From Dehalococcoidia bacterium (lineage in GTDB: Bacteria > Chloroflexota > Dehalococcoidia > Lucifugimonadales > Lucifugimonadaceae): a DNA stretch of 64,000 bases. The notes beneath the pieces are model-generated. The model searched no databases. It was given only the letters and a program-made list of their open reading frames with translations, and had not been told where the DNA came from. The stretch spans positions 87,044 to 151,043 of the forward strand of contig CBDBCK010000027.1 of NCBI GenBank assembly GCA_965203345.1, in the 5' to 3' direction. How positions within the stretch are numbered: the stretch's first letter is position 1; every line of letters begins with the position of its first letter. This document shows positions 48,563 through 56,208 of this stretch, piece by piece. The position numbers were made by a program, and so were the translations under genes.

Positions 48563-49957
48563 GTGAGTCCTTTGCCTGATACGTGGATGAGTGTAGTGCT
48601 CGCCGGTGGAAAAGGGGAACGGATGCGTTCAAGCCTTCCTAAACCTTTGCACACGGTAGGAGGCGTGCCGATGTTGCGCCGAGTGGTAGACGTGATGTCT
48701 GGCGCGGTTACGGGCGACGTAGATATGGCGGTGGTGATTTCGCCGCGTATGCTTGAGATGGTGGAAACGCGAGAATCGGTCGGTGGAGAGGTTCGGCTCG
48801 TCATTCAGCCCTTCCCTCTTGGAGGAGGTGACGCTTTGCTCAAAGCTCTGGAATCCTCTTCAACGGCGTCTCATATTGTAGTAGGCTACTCTGACGTCCC
48901 GCTTGTGAAAACAGAGACGGTTCGTAGTGTTATGAAGGAACACGTGAGCTCCGGTGCCGCTGTTACCGTGCTTTCGGCGGATATGAAAGACGCGGAACCT
49001 GGCGGCTTTGGACGGGTTGTAAGAGGAGAAGACGGAGCTTTGCTCAAGATAGTGGAACAAGCGGAACTCTCGGCTGATACGGCGGATATTGTGGAGGTAA
49101 ACGTCGGGTGGTACTGTTTTGACGCTCTATGGCTTCGCGAAAATCTGTCTTGCCTTACTTCACACCCGGAGGGTGAACTTCGCGTTACGGATCTGCTTGA
49201 GAAAGCGGCCAGGGAGGGACGGGCAGCCTCTTTTATGACTACAGACCCGTCAGAAGGGTTCGGTGTTAACGATCGTGTTCAGCTGGCGCGCGCGGAGGCG
49301 GTTGTACGTGATAGAGAGTGCCTCCGAATAATGGAGTCGGGCGTTTCAGTGCAGGATACTGCTAACGTTTACGTTGAGTCTCAAGTTACAGTTGGTAGGG
49401 ATTCCGTGATACTCTCCGGCGTTCACTTGCTGGGTGGTACTTCCATAGGTAAAAATTGCACTATAGGCCCTAACGCTTTAATATCGGACAGCGCGATAGG
49501 GGATGGTTGTTCCGTAGGCGCGTCTCATCTGAAAGACAGCACGCTTGAGGACGAGATTACAATAGGCTCACACTGCCTGATAAGACAATCTAGCACAATA
49601 CGCCATGGAGCCGTTATAGGTAACTCGGTTGAGATAAAGAGCAGTGACATAGGAGAAGAGGCTCATATAAACCACTTCTCCTACGTTGGCGACTGCACTT
49701 TGGGTAAGGGCGTAAACTTTGGAGCAGGCGCGGTTACTTGTAACTTTGACGGCACTCGTAAGCACAAGACGATGTTGGAAGAGGGCGCTTTCATAGGGTC
49801 GGGGGTTATGCTTGTAGCTCCCGTGGAGGTTGGACGGAACGCCAGGATAGGCGCGGGCGCGGTAGTTACTCAAAACGTGCCGGCCCGGGATACCGTGGCG
49901 GGTGTGCCGGCCAGATCAATAGCTTATACTGTAAACAGCAGGATGCATCACAAATGA
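48563..49957 (+). CDS. glmU: Bifunctional UDP-N-acetylglucosamine pyrophosphorylase / glucosamine-1-phosphate N-acetyltransferase
   Basis: VVLAGGKGERMRSSLPKPLH nucleotidyltransferase motif and C-terminal left-handed beta-helix hexapeptide repeats. The start is possibly Met9 (48587). Confidence 0.9.
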   Translation: MSPLPDTWMSVVLAGGKGERMRSSLPKPLHTVGGVPMLRRVVDVMSGAVTGDVDMAVVISPRMLEMVETRESVGGEVRLVIQPFPLGGGDALLKALESSSTASHIVVGYSDVPLVKTETVRSVMKEHVSSGAAVTVLSADMKDAEPGGFGRVVRGEDGALLKIVEQAELSADTADIVEVNVGWYCFDALWLRENLSCLTSHPEGELRVTDLLEKAAREGRAASFMTTDPSEGFGVNDRVQLARAEAVVRDRECLRIMESGVSVQDTANVYVESQVTVGRDSVILSGVHLLGGTSIGKNCTIGPNALISDSAIGDGCSVGASHLKDSTLEDEITIGSHCLIRQSSTIRHGAVIGNSVEIKSSDIGEEAHINHFSYVGDCTLGKGVNFGAGAVTCNFDGTRKHKTMLEEGAFIGSGVMLVAPVEVGRNARIGAGAVVTQNVPARDTVAGVPARSIAYTVNSRMHHK

Positions 49958-50027
49958 CAAACGTTTCGGAAGATTCTGAAGAAGGGCATAGACCTAGCGA
50001 GGATTATGCTGATAGAGGGCAGTATTC

Positions 50028-51272
50028 ATGTTAGAGTGGCTGCTCTTGTTGATAGTCCTCGTGTTTTTTTGGACTTTGTACTTCGTACTGTTGCTGTTTC
50101 TCTCCGCGTATCGTAGCAAACTACCTTTTGTGAATGCTACAAACAGTAACAAGTCGCCTTCTCAAGCTGAACGATTGCTTGTCTCCGTAGTACACTACAC
50201 GGCTCTTATAACTGGAACCGTTGCGATAGTCTATGGATTTTCTCTGTTCAATCTGGACTGGCGGCTAACTCTCGCGTTTAGCTTGTTGACAGGACTGACC
50301 TTGGCAATTGTCTTGAGGACCGGGGCCTTGTTCACAGCTCGTCGTTTTAAGAGGCGGACTTTGGACTTACTGGCACCTGTTGTCAGGTTATTTTCTATAG
50401 GTTCTTCTCTGCCGGGTCTCTCGTATGCTCTAGCTCTTGCAGATGGAAACGGCGACTCTGCGCGCAAGGACGCTGAAGAGATGATAAAAGAGGGGTTAGA
50501 GCTCCTGGAAGATTCCGTAGGATTACCGCACGGCGACAATGAGTGGCGTATGATACGTAATATCTTGCGCATGGACGATGTGAAGGTGAAGGAAATTATG
50601 CGTCCCAGGCCGGACGTAGTAGCGGTGTCCGTCGAGACTTCCCTGGAGAAGGTGGCAGCTTTAATGACGGAGTGTAGTTATAGCCGTTTGCCCGTGTACA
50701 GGGAGGATCTGGACGATATGGAAGGCATCGTTTATTCCAAAGACCTGATAGACGTCTTCAAGAGTAACGGACAGAAGGAGAAGTCCTTATCCGACATAAT
50801 GCGCGATGTACTGCTTGTCCCGGAGACCCAGAATCTTGAGGTGCTCCTGAACGTTTTCCGTGAGGAACGTTCTAGTATAGCCGTAGTGGTGGATGAGCAC
50901 GGTGGGGTTGTCGGAATAGTCACTGTAACAGACCTTGCAGAGCAGATTTTCGGGGAGATGATGGACGAATTTGATGATGAGCCTCCTGAGATAGAGATTT
51001 TGGAGGAAAGTTCGGCTCTAATAGACGCGGGTATCACCGTGGATCAGCTTAACCAGACATTGGGTACGCACGTGGACGGGTCAAGGGTGGATACGGTCGG
51101 CGGTATACTCTACAGAGAGCGCGGCGTTCCAAACATAGGCGATACCGTAAGGATAGAGAACGTAGAGTTGACGGTTGAGGGTATGTCCGGTAGACGAATA
51201 AAGCGTATACGAGCAGTTAAGGAAGCAGAACAGCAGGCCACTACGACCACGTTAAACGGAGGCGGTTCATGA
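50028..51272 (+). CDS. CNNM/CorC-HlyC family membrane protein (DUF21 TM domain, CBS pair, CorC_HlyC domain)
   Basis: N-terminal TM segments, a CBS pair (VKEIMRPRPDVVAV...; IAVVVDEHGGVVGIVTVTDL) and a C-terminal transporter-associated domain. Confidence 0.8.
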   Translation: MLEWLLLLIVLVFFWTLYFVLLLFLSAYRSKLPFVNATNSNKSPSQAERLLVSVVHYTALITGTVAIVYGFSLFNLDWRLTLAFSLLTGLTLAIVLRTGALFTARRFKRRTLDLLAPVVRLFSIGSSLPGLSYALALADGNGDSARKDAEEMIKEGLELLEDSVGLPHGDNEWRMIRNILRMDDVKVKEIMRPRPDVVAVSVETSLEKVAALMTECSYSRLPVYREDLDDMEGIVYSKDLIDVFKSNGQKEKSLSDIMRDVLLVPETQNLEVLLNVFREERSSIAVVVDEHGGVVGIVTVTDLAEQIFGEMMDEFDDEPPEIEILEESSALIDAGITVDQLNQTLGTHVDGSRVDTVGGILYRERGVPNIGDTVRIENVELTVEGMSGRRIKRIRAVKEAEQQATTTTLNGGGS

Positions 51273-51364
51273 GATTTATAGTCTCTTCTTCCTAGAGCGC
51301 CTTCGGGGAAAATCTCTTCCCTTCAATCAGTAAGCGGAGTGAACCTACTAGAACAGTAACGTTT

Positions 51365-52471
51365 CTATCTGCTTCTCTTTAACGCTTCAACGATGATCCT
51401 TGTGTTGTTGCGCATCATGCCTAAATAATCTTCAGCGCCGCTGTCAATTGTTCCCAATGACCCCGTGTGTAATCCGCCTATAAGTTCGGCTCCCGTTTCG
51501 TTGGCAACCGCTCCAGCAAGTCCTTCAGTCAGCGACGTCTCCGTAAAGATGACGGAGACGCTATTTTCCTGTATCAGCTCTACAAGCTCTGCCAGCTCCC
51601 TGGCGGAAGATTCTATCTCCGTTCCTCCTCCAGGGATCACCGCGCCTAATATATCTAATCCATACCGTTCAGCGTAGTATCCGAAGGCTTCGTGTGAGGT
51701 AACCATAACGCGCCTGTTCTCGGGTACCTGGTCAATTTGCGACTCTATCCATATATCCAGGGAGTCAAGTTGGCGTACGTAGTCTGCTGCGTTGGCCTGG
51801 AAAATGTCGCGTGAGGACGGATCCAATTCCGATAATCTCTCGGCAATGAATTGAACCGCACCTTTCACAAGCGTGGGATCAAACCAGAAATGAGGGTCCA
51901 GCTCACCGTGAACATGGGTGTCTTCGTGTTCTTCGTTGTCTTCGTGTTCTTCGTGTTCTTCGTTGTCTTTGTGTTCTTCGTTGTCTTCGTGTTCTTCGTT
52001 GTCTTCGTGTTCTTCGTTGTCTTCGTGTTCTTCGTGTTCTTCGTTGTCTGCGAAGAATCTGAACGGTATGGCCTCCACTTGTTCGGCAAGTCTATATACG
52101 ATCTCTGTATCATCAGGGACGTTATTCAATAACTCTTCTAACCTCCTGGATTCTAGCTCGTAACCGATGGCGAATATAGCGTCCGCTTCCGCAATACGAA
52201 CCACGTCGCGTGCTCCAGGTTGGTAGGTGTGTGGATCGGCTTGACGAGGTGATAAGCTGAAGGTATCTACCCTGTCTTCTCCAACCACTCTGACCCAGTC
52301 ATCCACTATAGAAGTGGTGGCGATCACTGACAAGGTAAGTTGGTCTTCTTGAAGCTCCTGATCTGTAGAAGTTCCTCCGCATGCCTGTAGAACGGCTGCC
52401 GTCATTATAAACGCCATTAGCGTTATCAACGAGAATTTCAATTTCTGCTCCTTGCACGGTAACATATTCAT
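51365..52471 (-). CDS. Metal (Zn/Mn-type) ABC-transporter substrate-binding lipoprotein, ZnuA/TroA family, with a His/Asp/Glu-rich loop
   Basis: Lipobox AAVLQACGG, cluster-9 SBP block VMVTSHEAFGYYAERYGL, and a loop reading EEHEEHEDNEEHEDNEEHEDNEEHKDNEEHEEHEDNEEHEDTHVHGE. Confidence 0.85.
   Translation of the reverse strand: MNMLPCKEQKLKFSLITLMAFIMTAAVLQACGGTSTDQELQEDQLTLSVIATTSIVDDWVRVVGEDRVDTFSLSPRQADPHTYQPGARDVVRIAEADAIFAIGYELESRRLEELLNNVPDDTEIVYRLAEQVEAIPFRFFADNEEHEEHEDNEEHEDNEEHEDNEEHKDNEEHEEHEDNEEHEDTHVHGELDPHFWFDPTLVKGAVQFIAERLSELDPSSRDIFQANAADYVRQLDSLDIWIESQIDQVPENRRVMVTSHEAFGYYAERYGLDILGAVIPGGGTEIESSARELAELVELIQENSVSVIFTETSLTEGLAGAVANETGAELIGGLHTGSLGTIDSGAEDYLGMMRNNTRIIVEALKRSR
51920..52048. 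repeat. Tandem 18-bp (9-bp sub-unit) repeat array encoding the HEDNEE loop of the ZnuA-like protein
   Basis: Plus-strand unit GTCTTCGTGTTCTTCGTT occurs six times head-to-tail from 51920. Two units carry an extra GTGTTCTTC and one has a C->T change. Confidence 0.85.
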
Positions 52472-52477
52472 TCATTC

Positions 52478-52515
52478 TGATACTTTGTATCATATAGTTA
52501 TGATATATAGTATCA
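52478..52515. promoter_or_regulatory. Cluster of overlapping AT-rich palindromes upstream of the ZnuA-like gene (candidate metalloregulator operator)
   Basis: TGATAC-TTT-GTATCA (52478-52492), TATCATA-TAGT-TATGATA (52488-52505) and TGATA-TATAG-TATCA (52501-52515). They lie 7-44 nt upstream of the ATG at 52471. Confidence 0.3.
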
Positions 52516-52672
52516 ATAAGAATTTCAACATTTATACGACTTGCGCATAACTTCGTAATCGGAAAATGACACTTATAGATAGGGAAGCCCTGGAGAATCA
52601 AGCAATAAGCGTCCAGAATCCTTTACACTTTTCGTACTTGTGAGCTACGTCCCGGACATCTGCCATTTGCTA

Positions 52673-52700
52673 TTGACAATTCGCCCCATGTATCTATGAT
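52673..52700 (+). promoter_or_regulatory. Candidate sigma-70-type promoter for amt-glnK
   Basis: TTGACA (52673-52678), 16-nt spacer, TATGAT (52695-52700), about 60 nt upstream of the preferred amt start. Confidence 0.3.
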
Positions 52701-52759
52701 TTAATTCATAAAGTAGGAAAGGTTTGACTCTAACAGGGTCTGGAATGGAGGATCTTTTT

Positions 52760-54004
52760 ATGGATACCGGTTCTATAGCTTGGATGCTGACCGCAACCAT
52801 GCTTGTTCTGTTCATGACTCCTGGGCTAGCATTTTTTTACGGTGGGCTCGTGCGAGGAAGGAACGTGGTCAGCACCCTAATGTACAGCTTCATTGCTATG
52901 GGAGTGGCAAGTATAGTGTGGGTACTGTGGGGCTTTAGTTTGGCGTTTGATGATGGAGGCAACTTCGGTTGGATGGGTGGCTTCAATTTCATTGGATTTA
53001 GGGGAATTGGAATAGGCAACGGTGTATTTGAAGGCGAGATACCTGATTTGCTGTTTGCTACGTTCCAGTTAACGTTCGCCATCATTACCCCGGCGCTGAT
53101 CACCGGAGCGTTCGTTGAGCGATTCAAGTTCACCACTTATCTGGTCTTTTTGGTTCTTTGGCTCACGTTCGTATATGCTCCGATTTGCTATTGGGTCTGG
53201 GGTGGCGGCTGGATTGGCAACCTGGATTTTGGCGGTAGTACGGCTTTGGACTTCGCCGGTGGCACAGTTGTTCATGTTAATGCTGGTATAGCCGCCGTTA
53301 TGGCCGCCGTGTTGGTGGGTAGGAGACGGAGGGCAGGGGTGGAACCGCATAGTGTCCCATTCGTTGTTCTGGGTGCTGCAATACTGTGGATAGGATGGTT
53401 TGGTTTCAACGCTGGATCAGCGCTAGCCGCTGATGGTGTGGCGGTGAACGCGTTCTTCGTTACCAACCTAGCGGCCGCTACGGCCGCGGTGGCATGGGCA
53501 ATACTCTCCTATATCCACACAGGTAAGATAAGCGGCGTGGGCGTTGCTACGGGGGCAGTTGCTGGCTTGGTTGCGATCACACCTGCCGCGGGCTGGGTCG
53601 GTGGGATGGGGGCTCTTGGGATAGGTCTTGGAGCCGGAGTACTGTGTCACTACGCCGTTTACTTTGGGATTCTTCGCAGGTACGGGCTTGATGATTCGCT
53701 TGAGGTTTTCGCGGTGCATGGAATCGGAGGCATCTGGGGAGCGCTTGCTACTGGTATATTCGCATGGGGTGCCTTGACAGGGACTAGCGGGGGAATCTTG
53801 AACGGCAACTTTGGACACTTCGCTGCCAATCTTGTCGCCGTAATCGCGACAATGGCTTACTCGGGCGTCGTTTCTTTTATCATTTTGTTCGCTCTTGACA
53901 AGATTCCTGGCCTGGGGCTTAGAGTGTCGGAATCTGAGGAGGATAGCGGACTGGATGTTACGGTACATGGTGAGCATGGATACGTAGCCGACGGTGCCAA
54001 CTGA
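52760..54004 (+). CDS. amt: Ammonium transporter
   Basis: MTPGLAFFYGG, DFAGGTVVHVNAG and AVHGIGGIWG motifs. I prefer the ATG at 52760 (GGAGGA at 52747-52752) over the listed TTG at 52724. Confidence 0.9.
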   Translation: MDTGSIAWMLTATMLVLFMTPGLAFFYGGLVRGRNVVSTLMYSFIAMGVASIVWVLWGFSLAFDDGGNFGWMGGFNFIGFRGIGIGNGVFEGEIPDLLFATFQLTFAIITPALITGAFVERFKFTTYLVFLVLWLTFVYAPICYWVWGGGWIGNLDFGGSTALDFAGGTVVHVNAGIAAVMAAVLVGRRRRAGVEPHSVPFVVLGAAILWIGWFGFNAGSALAADGVAVNAFFVTNLAAATAAVAWAILSYIHTGKISGVGVATGAVAGLVAITPAAGWVGGMGALGIGLGAGVLCHYAVYFGILRRYGLDDSLEVFAVHGIGGIWGALATGIFAWGALTGTSGGILNGNFGHFAANLVAVIATMAYSGVVSFIILFALDKIPGLGLRVSESEEDSGLDVTVHGEHGYVADGAN

Positions 54005-54097
54005 CAGAGTTATGCTCAGAGGTACAATATTGAAATTAAACGGACGAGGAGGTGGACGGTTTTGACCGCCCGCCCCTTGGCAATGGAGAAGTAAGCG

Positions 54098-54442
54098 ATG
54101 TTAAAAATTGAGGCAATTGTCAGGCCAGAAAGAACCTCTACAGTGATAGCCGCTATGGAGGCCGTAGGTATTAAAGGCTATTCGTACTGGAATATTACCG
54201 GCAGGGGACAGCAGGAAGGCGTTGAGGTCTTTACGGGTAGAGGAGGTCAGCTATCTCACCGAAGTGCTCTGCCTAAGACTCTCATCATGACGGTGGTAGG
54301 CGATAATATGAAAGACGCTGTTGTAACTGCGATCGTAGACGCGGCCAAGAGCGGTGAGATAGGAGACGGCAAGGTTTTTATATCGCCGGTTTCTGAAGTC
54401 TTACGCGTGCGGACCGGTGAAAGGGACGCAGAGGCGCTCTAG
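54098..54442 (+). CDS. glnK: P-II family nitrogen regulator (GlnK-like, divergent T-loop)
   Basis: MLKIEAIVRP... and C-terminal GDGKVFISPVSEVLRVRTGE match the P-II consensus. Located directly after amt. Confidence 0.85.
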   Translation: MLKIEAIVRPERTSTVIAAMEAVGIKGYSYWNITGRGQQEGVEVFTGRGGQLSHRSALPKTLIMTVVGDNMKDAVVTAIVDAAKSGEIGDGKVFISPVSEVLRVRTGERDAEAL

Positions 54443-54545
54443 TCGGACAGGCGTCGTACTATACGCTACGATTTTATCGCACTGCAAAGTATTTCATCTG
54501 TTTTGCCGTAGTTTGCTGTAGAATTCAAGTAGGCTTTTTCTACAT

Positions 54546-54622
54546 AGGAGCGTAGCTCAGCTGGCCAGAGCAGCGGTCTCCAAAACCGCAGGTCGGGGGT
54601 TCGAGTCCCTCCGCTCCTGCCA
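54546..54622 (+). tRNA. tRNA-Trp (anticodon CCA)
   Basis: AGGAGCG-TA-GCTCAGCTGGCCAGAGC-A-GCGGT-CTCCAAA-ACCGC-AGGTC-GGGGGTTCGAGTCCCTC-CGCTCCT-G-CCA. Confidence 0.9.
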
Positions 54623-54626
54623 AAGT

Positions 54627-54713
54627 GCCGGGGTGCTGAAATCGGTAGACAGGCTGCGTTGAGGGCGCAGTGTCCTTATGGGCGTGAGAGTTCGAGTCTC
54701 TCCCTCGGCACCA
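54627..54713 (+). tRNA. tRNA-Leu (anticodon GAG), long variable arm
   Basis: GCCGGGG-TG-CTGAAATCGGTAGACAG-GCTGCG-TTGAGGG-CGCAG-TGTCCTTATGGGCG-TGAGAGTTCGAGTCTCTC-CCTCGGC-A-CCA. Confidence 0.9.
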
Positions 54714-54735
54714 TACCCGATATACATACTCATGA

Positions 54736-54812
54736 GGCGGCGTAGCCAAGTGGTCTAAGGCGGGGGTTTGCAAAACCTCTATTCGGCGGTTCGAATCCGC
54801 CCGTCGCCTCCA
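54736..54812 (+). tRNA. tRNA-Cys (anticodon GCA)
   Basis: GGCGGCG-TA-GCCAAGTGGTCTAAGGC-G-GGGGT-TTGCAAA-ACCTC-TATTC-GGCGGTTCGAATCCGCC-CGTCGCC-T-CCA. Confidence 0.9.
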
Positions 54813-55032
54813 GCATCACTAAATTAGCCTCTGCAGTGTGAGAGTGTATTCTCTATTCCCTTATAGCGTCTTGACGTCAAGCGGTTCTGGTTCCTTCATC
54901 ACTCCTGGCGGTTTAGGGGAACGGCAAGCCAGAGATTTATGATACCTTGAATGGTACCTAAACTAGCGCGTTAAAAGAGATGATACGTGCTCAATATAGG
55001 GTGTAAATAGTAACAGCTTCTGGAACAAAAAT

Positions 55033-56208
55033 TTGAGGTTCGTGCATACTGCCGATTGGCAGCTAGGTAAGCCATTTGCCGTGATCCGTGACGATCAAAA
55101 ACGGTCGGAGGTTCAGAAGGCACGTATTGACGCGATCAGACGGATCGGCGAAGCAGCGAGGGCCTCTAACGCGGAATTTGTGCTGGTGGCTGGAGATATG
55201 TTCGACTCCATCCGCGTACATAAATCTACAGTTTCTGGTGCCTGCAGCGCGATAGGGAATATATCACTGCCTGTCATAGCTATCCCCGGGAATCATGACC
55301 ATGGCGGCCCCGGCAATCTTTGGGAGCAGGAATTCTTTGTCAGAGAACGTCAATCTCTCGCCCCGAATTTGAAGATATTGCAGCAAGCAGTTCCTTATGA
55401 AGTGGACTCGGCAGTTATCTTGCCTTGTCCCCTTTTGCGTCGCGCCGTTAATCTAGACCCAACCGAATGGCTGAGGAGCTCTGACGTTTACAGAGATTTG
55501 TCTCAGGATAAACCGCGCATAGTTTTAGCTCACGGGAGCACAGAGCCTTTTTTAACACAGTGGGAAGACGGTGAAGATGAGTTCGGTTCAAAAAATACTA
55601 TAGATATTGGCCGTCTGCCTCAAGAGGAAGTGGATTATGTAGCTCTAGGGGATTGGCATGGAACGAAGGAGATTAGCGAGAAGGTTTGGTATTCTGGTGC
55701 TCATGAATCAGACCGATTTCCGAAGGGTCCGCACTATGATTCTGGTAACATTCTGGTGGTTAACGCTCAGCGCGGGTTAGTTCCGAGAGTTGAGAAGAGA
55801 TACATAGAGATCCTCAAATGGACGGAGTTTTCCTTTGACTTCGTCGGCGATACTCCATTTAGCGATCTAGAAGATCGCCTGTCAGGGATATTAGAACAGC
55901 GCGTCAATAAAGATATCCTGCAACTGGAGCTTAAAGGATCCATCGGTATTGAGACCAGAAGCCGTCTTGACAAGTTTATAGAGCGTTTGAGAGCGCGTTT
56001 ACTACGGCTTGCACTAGTTGACAAAGTGCGCATAGCTCCAACGGACGAAGAGATAGGCTTCTTGACTCGACGGGCCGCAGATCCTCTGATCGCAAGCGTT
56101 GCTAAACAACTCTCACAAGAAGCTCAGGGCGATGGGCAGGAGGCAGATATCGCACGCATAGCTCTGAGTCGTCTGCACCAGGTCTGCAAGGAGGAAGAAT
56201 CGTTATGA
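55033..56208 (+). CDS. Calcineurin-like metallophosphoesterase, SbcD/Mre11-like nuclease subunit (non-canonical motifs)
   Basis: Motif I HTADWQLG (canonical SbcD has D-x-H), motif II LVAGDMFDS, motif III IPGNHDH, then LAHGS and LGDWHG. TTG start, 4-nt overlap with the following ATPase gene. Confidence 0.75.
   Translation: MRFVHTADWQLGKPFAVIRDDQKRSEVQKARIDAIRRIGEAARASNAEFVLVAGDMFDSIRVHKSTVSGACSAIGNISLPVIAIPGNHDHGGPGNLWEQEFFVRERQSLAPNLKILQQAVPYEVDSAVILPCPLLRRAVNLDPTEWLRSSDVYRDLSQDKPRIVLAHGSTEPFLTQWEDGEDEFGSKNTIDIGRLPQEEVDYVALGDWHGTKEISEKVWYSGAHESDRFPKGPHYDSGNILVVNAQRGLVPRVEKRYIEILKWTEFSFDFVGDTPFSDLEDRLSGILEQRVNKDILQLELKGSIGIETRSRLDKFIERLRARLLRLALVDKVRIAPTDEEIGFLTRRAADPLIASVAKQLSQEAQGDGQEADIARIALSRLHQVCKEEESL

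Noticed and set aside
51920-52048. Possible CRISPR-like or minisatellite array
   Set aside because: The units are contiguous (no spacers), 18 bp long, in frame and inside a well-supported CDS. This is a coding tandem repeat, not a CRISPR array.
51851-52163. Three listed ORFs with bizarre repetitive peptides (FVFFVVFVFF..., TKNTKTTKNTK..., SSCSSLSSCSS...)
   Set aside because: They are alternative-frame or antisense readings of the 18-bp tandem repeat that encodes the HEDNEE loop of the ZnuA-like protein. The ZnuA frame has full-length family similarity, so these are shadows.
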